Part shown: positions 8,111-16,317 of the stretch, one piece after another
Layout of the letters: every line of letters begins with the position of its first letter
How positions within the stretch are numbered: the stretch's first letter is position 1
DNA from: Candidatus Zambryskiibacteriota bacterium
GTDB lineage: Bacteria > Patescibacteriota > Minisyncoccia > Phycocordibacterales > DATDWN01
Length of the DNA: 64,000 nucleotides
Assembly: GCA_003173855.1 (NCBI GenBank)
Contig: PPGI01000008.1
Span: 10,119 to 74,118, forward strand
Direction of reading: 5' to 3'
Translations under genes and position numbers: made by a program
The notes under the pieces: model-generated
Databases searched by the model: none
Told to the model about the DNA's origin: nothing
The model's input: only the letters and a program-made list of their open reading frames with translations

Positions 8111-8208
8111 TCTTGCCTCCGCACTTAGATTATTTCTGTTTATAATTAATGTCAATAAATACACTTGTTTTCGGTTTTTCTCTATGGTAGTTTCTTCTGG
8201 GAGGAAAA

Positions 8209-8421
8209 GTGTTTATTGCTTCAAAAAAACCTCATCGTATTGGAGACAAAGGACATGGTGCATATCCAACTTCTGATGGAAAGATTGGAAAAGCCCCATT
8301 TGTTGTTCTTCGAGAAGCTACATTTGAGGATTGGTTGAAACAAGGTCTTGAAGCGGGCTTCTCTGAACAAGAGATGATTTCTAAAAGGTTCACTTATTTT
8401 TATGAGGTAAGTGTGGACTGA
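8209..8421 (+). CDS. Hypothetical 70-aa protein (GTG start)
   Basis: GGGAGG SD 4 nt upstream; followed by a terminator hairpin at 8423..8447. No known family. Confidence 0.3.
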   Translation: MFIASKKPHRIGDKGHGAYPTSDGKIGKAPFVVLREATFEDWLKQGLEAGFSEQEMISKRFTYFYEVSVD

Positions 8422-8422
8422 G

Positions 8423-8447
8423 CCGAGCAGAAAACGCTCGGCTTTTC
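8423..8447 (+). terminator. Hairpin terminator (gccgagc-agaaaac-gctcggc + TTTTCT)
   Basis: 7-bp perfect stem plus T-rich tail. Forms the hairpin part of the hairpin-promoter module upstream of rplC. Confidence 0.55.
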
Positions 8448-8453
8448 TAAAAC

Positions 8454-8482
8454 TTGAACAAAAAATGGTTATCTGCTAGTAT
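8454..8482 (+). promoter_or_regulatory. Promoter TTGAAC-N17-TAGTAT for rplC
   Basis: TTGAAC (8454-8459), 17-nt spacer, TAGTAT (8477-8482). Confidence 0.55.
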
Positions 8483-8487
8483 GACCG

Positions 8488-8509
8488 AATCGCATTTGCG
8501 ATTTTTTTA
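8488..8509 (+). promoter_or_regulatory. Leader hairpin plus T7 (aatcgc-att-gcgatt-TTTTTTT) in the rplC 5' UTR; attenuator-like
   Basis: Intrinsic-terminator-like structure between the promoter and start codon. Shares GCGATTTTTTTAAT with the tuf leader. Confidence 0.4.
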
Positions 8510-8588
8510 ATGGTAGCTAGCGAAGGGCAATGTTGTGACGGATCTCGTCGCATTACTGTCCGCAAACCGCTACCGAGACAAAAATAAC

Positions 8589-9203
8589 ATGGGTAAATTC
8601 ATTTTGGCGACAAAACAAAACATGACACAAATCTTTGACGACAAAGGTTTAGTTCATCCTGTAACAGTTCTAAAAGCTGGCCCAATGACAGTGACACAAG
8701 TTAAAAATACAGCAAAAGACGCTTACAATGCTGTTCAATTTGGATATGGAGCTCGCCGAGAAAAAAATATCTCGAAAGCGCTGAAAGGTCATATGAAAGG
8801 TGGAAACTTTATGCATGTGAAGGAGATGAGAACAGAAGGTGAGAGTGAATTGAAGCTTGGTGATAGTGTTGATGTATCAACATTTTCAGTAGGTGACAAA
8901 GTAACTGTCTCTAGTATTTCAAAAGGAAAAGGTTTTCAAGGAGGTGTTAAGCGACATGGTTTCAAAGGGGGTCCACGATCACACGGTCAAAAACACTCTG
9001 AACGTGAACCAGGATCTCTAGGAGGAGGTGGAAGAGACGGAGGTCGAGTAGCAAAGGGTAAAAGAATGGCAGGTAGGATGGGAGGTGTAAGGATTACATC
9101 AAAGGGTCTTACAGTTGTTTCTGTAAAACCAGAAACAGGAGAAATTTTTATTCGAGGAGCTGTTCCTGGAAGACGGGGAACATTAGTTGAGATCAGAAGT
9201 TAA
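8589..9203 (+). CDS. rplC: 50S ribosomal protein L3 (the ORF track starts at GTG 8535; ATG 8589 matches the L3 N-terminus MGKFILATKQNMTQIF)
   Basis: L3-like sequence throughout; Gly-rich loop near the C-terminus. Confidence 0.9.
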   Translation: MGKFILATKQNMTQIFDDKGLVHPVTVLKAGPMTVTQVKNTAKDAYNAVQFGYGARREKNISKALKGHMKGGNFMHVKEMRTEGESELKLGDSVDVSTFSVGDKVTVSSISKGKGFQGGVKRHGFKGGPRSHGQKHSEREPGSLGGGGRDGGRVAKGKRMAGRMGGVRITSKGLTVVSVKPETGEIFIRGAVPGRRGTLVEIRS

Positions 9204-9222
9204 CAGTAAACAGTAATTAGTC

Positions 9223-9945
9223 ATGGCAGAAGCAAAGGTAAAAAAGAATACAAAAAAAGCAGAAGCTCCAAAATCAGGACTTGATGCAACTCTTTATACT
9301 CAAGCAGGAAAAGAGGCAAAGAAAATTTCTCTGCCAGAAACTGTTTTTGGACAAAGGTGGAATGCAGATTTGGTTCACCAGGTCGTTACTTCAATGAATT
9401 CAGAAGCACGAACTCCAGTAGCACATACAAAAAATCGAGGAGAAGTTTCTGGAGGAGGTAAAAAACCATGGCAACAGAAAGGAACTGGCCGTGCACGACA
9501 CGGATCTATCCGATCACCACTATGGGTAGGAGGAGGAGTAACTCATGGTCCACGAAACGACAAAGATTTTTCTCGCAAAGTAAATAAGAAAATGAAAGCA
9601 AAGGCACTCTACACCATCCTAAGTGCAAAGATGAAAAATGGTGAGATTCTCTTTGTTGATGATCTAAAAATTGCTGCTCCAAAAACAGCTGAAGCCCTAG
9701 GAATTTTGAACAGTCTTTCTAAAGTTTCAGGATTCGAATCTTTGCTAAACAAAAGAAAGAATTCTGCATTTATTGCTCTATCAGACAAAAATGTAACAGT
9801 CGAAAAAAGCTTTAGAAATTTTGGAAATTTAGAAGTAGATGAAATCAGAAATTTAAATCCGCTTCATTTGATGAAATATAAATATTTGGTTATTTCAAAT
9901 CCAGAAAAAGGTCTGCCACAGATTTCCGGAAAATTAGATAAGTAG
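9223..9945 (+). CDS. rplD: 50S ribosomal protein L4
   Basis: 240 aa; L4-like; position in the S10 operon. Confidence 0.9.
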   Translation: MAEAKVKKNTKKAEAPKSGLDATLYTQAGKEAKKISLPETVFGQRWNADLVHQVVTSMNSEARTPVAHTKNRGEVSGGGKKPWQQKGTGRARHGSIRSPLWVGGGVTHGPRNDKDFSRKVNKKMKAKALYTILSAKMKNGEILFVDDLKIAAPKTAEALGILNSLSKVSGFESLLNKRKNSAFIALSDKNVTVEKSFRNFGNLEVDEIRNLNPLHLMKYKYLVISNPEKGLPQISGKLDK

Positions 9946-9958
9946 TTGGAAAAATAAC

Positions 9959-10237
9959 ATGAAAGATTTAAACCGAGTTTTAATACGACCACGAGTTACA
10001 GAAAAGGCGACACTAGTCACTGAAAATTCAGTCTACACTTTTGTAATTGATCCAAAAGCTACTGTATATCAAGTCAAAAAAGCTTTCGTTGATCGATATA
10101 AATTTGTGCCAGTAAAAATCAATACAGTTACAATTCCAGCAAAAAAAGTTTTTGTTCGAGGAAAATCCGGAATGAAATCTGGTTACAAGAAAGCTTATGT
10201 TTATTTAAAGAAAGGAGACAAAATAGAAAATCTATAA
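9959..10237 (+). CDS. rplW: 50S ribosomal protein L23
   Basis: 92 aa; L23-like; position. Confidence 0.9.
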   Translation: MKDLNRVLIRPRVTEKATLVTENSVYTFVIDPKATVYQVKKAFVDRYKFVPVKINTVTIPAKKVFVRGKSGMKSGYKKAYVYLKKGDKIENL

Positions 10238-10250
10238 AAATATAAACAGC

Positions 10251-11090
10251 ATGAAAAGATACCGACCAACATCAAAATCACGCCGACAGATGACAACCAT
10301 TTCATTTGGTGATTTCATTACCACAAATGACCCAGTCAAGTCATTGACTCATGGCTATAAACGACAAATGGGCCGAAGTCATGGTGAAATAACTACTCGA
10401 CACAAAGGAGGCGGTCACAAGAGACTTTTCCGCGAAGTTGATTTTCTATACGACAAAATAAATATTCCTTACACAATCAAAACTGTTGAATACGACCCAA
10501 ACCGATCAGGTTTTATCGGACTTGCTCAATATGCTGATGGTGAAAAAAGATATGTTCTTGTTCCTCGAGGAATTAAAGTAGGGGAAACATTTTTAACTAG
10601 TGAAACTGCTGAACCAAAAACTGGAAATCGATTGCCTCTAAAAAACATAAATATTGGTACTTTTGTTTACAACGTAGAAATAAAACCAAATGGCGGAGCT
10701 AAACTTGCTCGATCTGCCGGAAACTATATTGAAGTTATTGCTAAAGATGGAGGAATGATTGATCTAAAAATGCCTTCAACTGAAGTTCGCAAAGTTCCAG
10801 AAACAGCTTGGGCATCTATCGGTGATGTTTCAAACAACGAAAACAGATTGGTAAATCTTGGTAAAGCTGGACGTTCACGATGGCTTGGAATCAGGCCTAC
10901 AGTTCGCGGTACAGCAATGAACCCTGTTGATCACAAATACGGTGGAGGAGAAGGCCGTCAGGGAAGAGGAACAAGACGTGCGATTTCTATTTATGGTAAG
11001 CCAACAGGTAAGGGTCAGAAGTCTAGAACTCCTAAGAAGTATTCGAATAAGTTTATTGTTTCTCGCCGACGCGTTGGCAAGCAACGCTAA
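10251..11090 (+). CDS. rplB: 50S ribosomal protein L2
   Basis: 279 aa; conserved L2 C-terminal region (GGGEGRQGRG...). Confidence 0.96.
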   Translation: MKRYRPTSKSRRQMTTISFGDFITTNDPVKSLTHGYKRQMGRSHGEITTRHKGGGHKRLFREVDFLYDKINIPYTIKTVEYDPNRSGFIGLAQYADGEKRYVLVPRGIKVGETFLTSETAEPKTGNRLPLKNINIGTFVYNVEIKPNGGAKLARSAGNYIEVIAKDGGMIDLKMPSTEVRKVPETAWASIGDVSNNENRLVNLGKAGRSRWLGIRPTVRGTAMNPVDHKYGGGEGRQGRGTRRAISIYGKPTGKGQKSRTPKKYSNKFIVSRRRVGKQR

Positions 11091-11210
11091 ACTTCCAAAT
11101 TTGGCGAACTCCTCGTTACCAAATTAAAAATACTCGTCACCTTACATTTGTAAGGCTCCTCGCATTTTTATTTCTCACGTCGGATTTCATCCAAATCTGA
11201 TAATTTTAGG
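11088..11210 (+). repeat. Conserved structured 3'-UTR element, copy M2 (TAAACTTCCAAATTT overlaps the rplB stop)
   Basis: Alignable to 6795..6920; contains hairpin ccttac-attt-gtaagg at 11140..11155. Confidence 0.55.
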
Positions 11211-11258
11211 GCGACCAAATCGGTCGCCTTTGACATTTAAAATTTTTTGTGATTAAAT
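11209..11258 (+). promoter_or_regulatory. Terminator/promoter module: hairpin GGGCGACC..GGTCGCC, then TTGACA-N17-TTAAAT
   Basis: Hairpin 11209..11228; TTGACA 11230..11235; -10 at 11253..11258; GAGGAG SD before the ATG at 11278. Confidence 0.55.
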
Positions 11259-11277
11259 ATACGCAGAGGAGTGAGAA

Positions 11278-11568
11278 ATGAATTCAACTTGTTACTTTTG
11301 CAAAAAACCTGGTCAATTTCGGAAAATGACCCTTTCTTCTCAATTAGGGAGCTGGGCCCCTGAACTGGGTCCCATTGATCACGTAGATGTTCACTCTCAT
11401 TGTTATTTTTGGCGGGCTAAACTTCCTGAAATAGGAATGGTAGTACCTGGTCTTCTGGTTTATGTCGGATTTTTTTTGAAATCAGAAACCATGGTAATAT
11501 ATACCATGTCCTTGGCTTTGCTTTTTGCGGGATGGGGTCTATACAACAGATTTCGTTTCAATTTCTAG
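11278..11568 (+). CDS. Hypothetical 96-aa protein (C-terminal hydrophobic segment) inserted between rplB and rpsS
   Basis: ORF with strong SD, own promoter and downstream terminator. No family recognised. Confidence 0.35.
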   Translation: MNSTCYFCKKPGQFRKMTLSSQLGSWAPELGPIDHVDVHSHCYFWRAKLPEIGMVVPGLLVYVGFFLKSETMVIYTMSLALLFAGWGLYNRFRFNF

Positions 11569-11574
11569 TGTGTA

Positions 11575-11624
11575 GGGCGGCAAAGTAGCCGCCCTTTGAC
11601 ATTTAAAAAATGAAGAATAGAGTT
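11575..11624 (+). promoter_or_regulatory. Terminator/promoter module: hairpin GGGCGGC..GCCGCCC, then TTGACA-N16-TAGAGT
   Basis: Hairpin 11575..11594; TTGACA 11596..11601; AAAGGAG SD before the ATG at 11660. Confidence 0.5.
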
Positions 11625-11659
11625 AATAATAGAGCCATTTTGACAGAAAGGAGTTTCTT

Positions 11660-12004
11660 ATGTGGGAAAGGCAAGCGTTTTTGGAAAAATTACTCAAGGC
11701 CTCGGAACAAGTAATAAAAATATCATCGAGGAGAGAGAAATTCACTTGGGCCGATATTTCTGCTAAGGCTGAAAGGAGTGTTGGCCTGCCTGTAGTTTGT
11801 CCGAATTCTCCACAAAAGTATCATCCAGTGGAGGAAGCTATCGAAACTCTTGCTCGTCATGGTCGTATAAAGCAAAAAATCAAAAGAGATCTATTCTGGG
11901 GTCCACTTATGACTTTGGAGGATCTTCAAAAGATCGAAGAAGCATGGCAACATGTTACAAGACCTTCAAAGATTCTTGAGGTTAAACTTCAGATTGCGTC
12001 CTGA
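11660..12004 (+). CDS. Hypothetical 114-aa protein inserted between rplB and rpsS
   Basis: ORF with strong SD; ends with tandem stops TGA-TAA. No family recognised. Confidence 0.4.
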   Translation: MWERQAFLEKLLKASEQVIKISSRREKFTWADISAKAERSVGLPVVCPNSPQKYHPVEEAIETLARHGRIKQKIKRDLFWGPLMTLEDLQKIEEAWQHVTRPSKILEVKLQIAS

Positions 12005-12012
12005 TAACTAAG

Positions 12013-12062
12013 GGCGGCGAATTGCGCCGCCCTTTGACATTTATAGGCAATTTGTATAGTAT
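12013..12062 (+). promoter_or_regulatory. Terminator/promoter module: hairpin GGGCGGCG..CGCCGCCC, then TTGACA-N17-TAGTAT
   Basis: Hairpin 12013..12033; TTGACA 12034..12039; TAGTAT 12057..12062. Confidence 0.55.
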
Positions 12063-12127
12063 AGGCCCTAAGTTAAGAGCCATTACCTCTAACTTGGTTT
12101 TGTTCGCGGTATTCAGTCAAGTCAGAT

Positions 12128-12153
12128 ACCACAAACAATGTGGTTTTTGTTTT
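12128..12153 (+). promoter_or_regulatory. Terminator-like hairpin in the rpsS leader (accaca-aacaa-tgtggt + TTTTTGTTTT)
   Basis: Perfect 6-bp stem plus T-run, 15 nt before the rpsS ATG. Possible attenuator. Confidence 0.35.
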
Positions 12154-12167
12154 GAACAAATTAAAAT

Positions 12168-12518
12168 ATGACACGTTCAAGCTATAAGGGCCCATATGTC
12201 GATCCTCGTCTATTGAAGAAGATCGAAGGAAAAAAGCATCTGGAAACAGGGGTTATTAAAACTTGGTCACGTGCATGTGTCATTTCTCCGGAAATGGTAG
12301 GCTTCACCTTCGGCGTCCACAATGGCAAGACCCATTTGGACGTTTTAGTTTCTGAAGACATGGTGGGCCATCGACTTGGCGAGTTTGCTCCGACAAAGAA
12401 ATTCATCAAACACGGAGGAAAGATGCAGAAAGAACTGGAACAAAAGAAGAAAGAGGGTGAAATTGCTGCTGCTCAAGCTGCAAAAACTGTAACAGAAGGA
12501 ACTGCAGCTAAAAAATAA
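12168..12518 (+). CDS. rpsS: 30S ribosomal protein S19 with a Lys/Glu/Ala-rich C-terminal extension
   Basis: The first ~90 aa match S19 (GPYVD...NGKTH). ~25-aa tail. Confidence 0.93.
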   Translation: MTRSSYKGPYVDPRLLKKIEGKKHLETGVIKTWSRACVISPEMVGFTFGVHNGKTHLDVLVSEDMVGHRLGEFAPTKKFIKHGGKMQKELEQKKKEGEIAAAQAAKTVTEGTAAKK

Positions 12519-12529
12519 TAAGAACTACT

Positions 12530-12979
12530 ATGGCAACCGCTCAGGCAACACTAGGAAATTTTAGACAAGCACCTCGTAAAATGAGGATGGTTGCCAATAC
12601 AGTTAGAGGAAAAAAAGTTTCTGATGCTTTGGTTAATTTGGATTTCGTTGCAAAGAAGGCAGCATTTCCAATAAAAACTTTGCTTCTTTCTGCACTAGCT
12701 AATGCAAAAAATCTTGGCATTCCAACTGACAATTTGGTAGTCAAGAAAATTACAGTTGATGGCGGCAGCATTTTATACAGACGTCGACCAGCGGCCCGTG
12801 GCAGTGCTCATCCAATAAGGAAGCGAACATCAAGTGTTTTTATTGAATTAGGAGAACCAGAAACAAAAGTAAACAGTGAACAGGCAAGTGTAAAAATTCC
12901 AAAAGAAAAAACTGTAAAGACTGAAAAACACAAGGTCGAAAGAAAATCACGTTCAAAAAAGTCGACTGTTAACTCATAA
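12530..12979 (+). CDS. rplV: 50S ribosomal protein L22 with a basic C-terminal extension
   Basis: L22-like core; ~40-aa tail. Confidence 0.9.
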   Translation: MATAQATLGNFRQAPRKMRMVANTVRGKKVSDALVNLDFVAKKAAFPIKTLLLSALANAKNLGIPTDNLVVKKITVDGGSILYRRRPAARGSAHPIRKRTSSVFIELGEPETKVNSEQASVKIPKEKTVKTEKHKVERKSRSKKSTVNS

Positions 12980-12987
12980 CTATTTAT

Positions 12988-13644
12988 ATGACACACCAAG
13001 TCCACCCATATTCACATAGGTTAGGAATCATAAGAGATTGGAAATCTCGCTGGTTTGGCGTGAAAAATAAATACAAAGAATTTCTAAAAAGTGATGTGCT
13101 TTTGCGAGAATATTTAGAAAAAAAATTGCGAGGAAATTATGTTTCAAATATTGAAATGGAGAGAGGAGAAAAAATTCTTCGAATAATTATTGAAACTTCT
13201 CGACCAGGTATGATCATCGGACGATCAGGGGATGGAGCTGTAAAACTTAAAAACGATGTTCTCTCATATCTTCGAAAAAATAAACTTTCATCAGGAGGCG
13301 AAGTAAAAATTGATATCAAAGAAGTAAAATCCCCTGAATCAAATGCAATGATTGCTGCACAAATGATTGCTGATGGTTTAGAGAAAAGACTTCCATTCAG
13401 ACGCGTTGGCAAACAAATGCTGGAAAAAGTTATTGCCAATCGAGATGTTTCAGGAGTAAAAATCGAGCTTTCTGGCCGACTTGCCGGAGCTACAATGGCC
13501 CGAAAAGAAAAATTAAAGAAAGGACGAATTCCATTGCAAACTTTCCGAGCAGATGTAGATTTTGCTCGATATGAAGCTAGACTGCCATACGGCGGAATTG
13601 GAATAAAAGTTTGGATATACAAAGGAGAAATTTTTAAAAAATAA
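12988..13644 (+). CDS. rpsC: 30S ribosomal protein S3
   Basis: 218 aa with KH domain; S3-like sequence. Confidence 0.93.
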   Translation: MTHQVHPYSHRLGIIRDWKSRWFGVKNKYKEFLKSDVLLREYLEKKLRGNYVSNIEMERGEKILRIIIETSRPGMIIGRSGDGAVKLKNDVLSYLRKNKLSSGGEVKIDIKEVKSPESNAMIAAQMIADGLEKRLPFRRVGKQMLEKVIANRDVSGVKIELSGRLAGATMARKEKLKKGRIPLQTFRADVDFARYEARLPYGGIGIKVWIYKGEIFKK

Positions 13645-13645
13645 A

Positions 13646-14071
13646 ATGTTAATTCCAAAAAAAGTTAAATATAGGAAATGGCATACATTTCGAAAGAACG
13701 CGGACAAAGTCGGTGTAGCTACTCGTGGAACAACTGTTGCTTTTGGTTCACATGGATTGAAGGCACTTGCTGGAGCACGTATCATGTCAAATCAACTTGA
13801 GGCCGCACGAAAAGCCTTGTCACGAGAGGTGGGTAAAACTGGCCGAGTCTGGATTCGAGTTTTTCCTGATATGCCGCTTACTAAAAAACCTGCTGAAGTA
13901 AAGCTTGGAAAAGGTAAGGGAGATTTGTTCGGATACTGTGCGCCAGTGAAACCAGGTCGAGTTATTTTTGAAGTCGATGGGGTAAGTGATTCAGTAGCTC
14001 GAGAATCGCTTCGCAAAGCTGGAACAAAATTGCCAGTAAAAACAAAAGTGATCGCATCTCATCACCAATAA
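13646..14071 (+). CDS. rplP: 50S ribosomal protein L16
   Basis: 141 aa; L16-like. Confidence 0.93.
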   Translation: MLIPKKVKYRKWHTFRKNADKVGVATRGTTVAFGSHGLKALAGARIMSNQLEAARKALSREVGKTGRVWIRVFPDMPLTKKPAEVKLGKGKGDLFGYCAPVKPGRVIFEVDGVSDSVARESLRKAGTKLPVKTKVIASHHQ

Positions 14072-14081
14072 AAAAATAGAT

Positions 14082-14273
14082 ATGAAAAAGCAAATGAAAG
14101 AATTGAATAAGAAAAGTCCAAAGGAATTGGAAACAACGCTAAAAGAAAAGCGAGGAGCTTTGAGAAATTTTCGATTTCAAACTTCTGGAAGCAATGCAAA
14201 AAATGTGAAAGCTGGCCTTGCGCTTCGCAAAGATATCGCAAGAATTCTCACACTTCTAAATAACAAGAAATAA
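14082..14273 (+). CDS. rpmC: 50S ribosomal protein L29
   Basis: 63 aa; position and L29-like helix. Confidence 0.85.
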   Translation: MKKQMKELNKKSPKELETTLKEKRGALRNFRFQTSGSNAKNVKAGLALRKDIARILTLLNNKK

Positions 14274-14274
14274 A

Positions 14275-14535
14275 ATGGCAAAAGCTGCAGTACAAAATAA
14301 TAAAGTAGAGTCAAGAAAAAAAACAATGACTGGTGTTGTTGTTTCCGACAAAATGAAAGACACTGTTGTTGTTTTGGTTGATCGTTATGTTAAACACCCA
14401 AAGTATGGTAAATACATTGCGAAATCGAAGAAATTTAAAGCCCAAGATGCAGGAAACACAAAGAAAATAGGCGACAAAGTCATGATTGAGGAATGCGCAC
14501 CGATTTCAAAAGATAAACATTTTAAAGTAATTTAA
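14275..14535 (+). CDS. rpsQ: 30S ribosomal protein S17
   Basis: 86 aa; S17-like. Confidence 0.9.
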   Translation: MAKAAVQNNKVESRKKTMTGVVVSDKMKDTVVVLVDRYVKHPKYGKYIAKSKKFKAQDAGNTKKIGDKVMIEECAPISKDKHFKVI

Positions 14536-14540
14536 CTATC

Positions 14541-14918
14541 ATGGTACAACCACGTTCAATCGTTAAAATAGCTGACAACTCCGGAGGAAAAATCGGACGT
14601 GTGTTCAAGGTGCTTGGTTCATCAAAAAAGCGATATGCTTCGATTGGCGAGCTTGTGGTGATTTCAATACAAAAGGCAGAACCTCGAAAATCTACAAAGA
14701 AAAAAGATGTTGTTCGTGCAATTGTTGTCAGGCAGAAAGCTCCGTTTCGACGAAAAGATGGTTCATACATTCGATTTGATGAAAATGCAGTAGTTCTCGT
14801 AATGAAAGATGCAAAGAAAAAAGAACCTGTAGCTGGACGTGTTTTCGGCCCAATTCCTCGAGAAATTGGTGATGCTGGATATCAGAAGATTATTTCTCTT
14901 GCACCAGAGGTGGTTTAA
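14541..14918 (+). CDS. rplN: 50S ribosomal protein L14
   Basis: 125 aa; L14-like. Confidence 0.95.
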   Translation: MVQPRSIVKIADNSGGKIGRVFKVLGSSKKRYASIGELVVISIQKAEPRKSTKKKDVVRAIVVRQKAPFRRKDGSYIRFDENAVVLVMKDAKKKEPVAGRVFGPIPREIGDAGYQKIISLAPEVV

Positions 14919-14927
14919 AACAAAAAC

Positions 14928-15149
14928 ATGCACGTAAAAAAAGACGACAAAGTAATAGTTTTAACAGGAAAAGACAAGGGCAAAACTGGTACAGTGGTTA
15001 AAGCATTTCCAAAAATAAACAAGGTAATTGTTTCTGGCGTAAATATTTTAAAAACTCATCAAAAGCCACGACGCGGAGGAGAGAAGGGTCAAATAATTGA
15101 TAAAACAATGCCGATTCACGCTTCCAACGTAAGAAAGACTGGAAAATAA
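14928..15149 (+). CDS. rplX: 50S ribosomal protein L24
   Basis: 73 aa; KOW motif; position. Confidence 0.9.
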   Translation: MHVKKDDKVIVLTGKDKGKTGTVVKAFPKINKVIVSGVNILKTHQKPRRGGEKGQIIDKTMPIHASNVRKTGK

Positions 15150-15150
15150 T

Positions 15151-15765
15151 ATGAAATCGATAAAAGAAAAAATAAAAGAATCCTACAAATCACTTTCCGG
15201 CGATCTAGGTTTGAAAAATGTGATGCAAGCTCCAAGAATCGAAAAAGTTGTAGTTTCAACTGGCGTTGGCTCTATTAAGGATAAGAAAAAACTTGATTTG
15301 GTTGAAGATAGACTTTCAAAAATCACTGGCCAAAAACCAGTGCGAAAAGGTGCAAAAGTTTCAATTTCTGCTTTTAAAGTTCGACAAGGAGAAACAGTTG
15401 GTATGCAAATAACTCTTCGAGGACAAAGAATGTACGATTTTCTAGATAGATTAATTAATATTGCACTTCCGCGAACAAAAGATTTTAGAGGTATTTCAGC
15501 ACGAGGCGTAGATGAAATGGGAAACTATACTGTTGGCATTAGAGAGCATACAATTTTCCCTGAAACATCAGACGAAGATCTCCGAGATGTTTTCGGGCTC
15601 TCAGTTACAGTTGTTACAAATCTTCGTGATCCAAAACAAACTCGAAAATTTTTAGAATATCTAGGCTTTCCATTTAAAAAAGTTGAAACTGGCAAAGAAG
15701 AGACGATTTCTATAATTACTGTGGCGAAGAAAGAGGATAAGAAAAAGAAAGCAAAAGTAGCGTAG
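15151..15765 (+). CDS. rplE: 50S ribosomal protein L5 (with a Lys-rich C-terminal tail)
   Basis: 204 aa; L5-like. Confidence 0.93.
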   Translation: MKSIKEKIKESYKSLSGDLGLKNVMQAPRIEKVVVSTGVGSIKDKKKLDLVEDRLSKITGQKPVRKGAKVSISAFKVRQGETVGMQITLRGQRMYDFLDRLINIALPRTKDFRGISARGVDEMGNYTVGIREHTIFPETSDEDLRDVFGLSVTVVTNLRDPKQTRKFLEYLGFPFKKVETGKEETISIITVAKKEDKKKKAKVA

Positions 15766-15825
15766 TTGATTTTTTCTATTTTTCGTATTTAATATGCTAG
15801 GAAGTTTTTTTGAAAGGAGCTAATA

Positions 15826-16245
15826 GTGATTGTATTGCTTTTGGCAGTAGCAGCATTAGTGTGGTTTCTCAGTCTTGTAACCAGAAGAAAGAGACGTCTA
15901 AAGCGCCTCAAGTTCCTAAGAAATGCCAGGTTTCAAGAGAAAATGTTTGGTGAACATTTTCTCAACATGGCACTTGAGAAACAAAAGGATATCAGGTGTT
16001 GGGTAATTTATAAGCACTATCCTTGGGGACATGGCTACAAAGTTCGTTTGGAAGATTTATGTGAACCAGACGATATACTTTCTGTAGTCGTGAACTTTTC
16101 TTTTCCAGAGAAGAAAAGAATTGCCATGGGGCTTTATTCTGACTACAGATATTTCTCAACCAGTCGAAATTCTCTCGATCGGGCAACAGAAGAGTTTGAA
16201 AGACGATTGATGCATTTGGTTTACGAAACTCAACGGGTACCTTAG
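15826..16245 (+). CDS. Hypothetical 139-aa protein (N-terminal transmembrane helix) inserted between rplE and rpsZ; GTG start
   Basis: AAGGAG SD 7 nt before the GTG; followed by the hairpin-promoter module. No family recognised. Confidence 0.45.
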   Translation: MIVLLLAVAALVWFLSLVTRRKRRLKRLKFLRNARFQEKMFGEHFLNMALEKQKDIRCWVIYKHYPWGHGYKVRLEDLCEPDDILSVVVNFSFPEKKRIAMGLYSDYRYFSTSRNSLDRATEEFERRLMHLVYETQRVP

Positions 16246-16282
16246 GTACCCGTTTGACTTAATATGGCTTCACTGCTAGTAT
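16234..16282 (+). promoter_or_regulatory. Terminator/promoter module: hairpin cgggtaccttaggtacccg, then TTGACT-N17-TAGTAT
   Basis: Hairpin 16234..16252 spans the stop codon; TTGACT 16254..16259; TAGTAT 16277..16282. Confidence 0.55.
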
Positions 16283-16288
16283 AAAGCG

Positions 16289-16310
16289 CGACTCGAAAGA
16301 GTGCTTTTTC
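16289..16310 (+). promoter_or_regulatory. Leader hairpin with GAAA tetraloop plus T5 in the rpsZ 5' UTR; attenuator-like
   Basis: gcgactc-GAAA-gagtgc followed by TTTTT, 8 nt before the ATG. Confidence 0.35.
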
Positions 16311-16317
16311 ATTAAAA

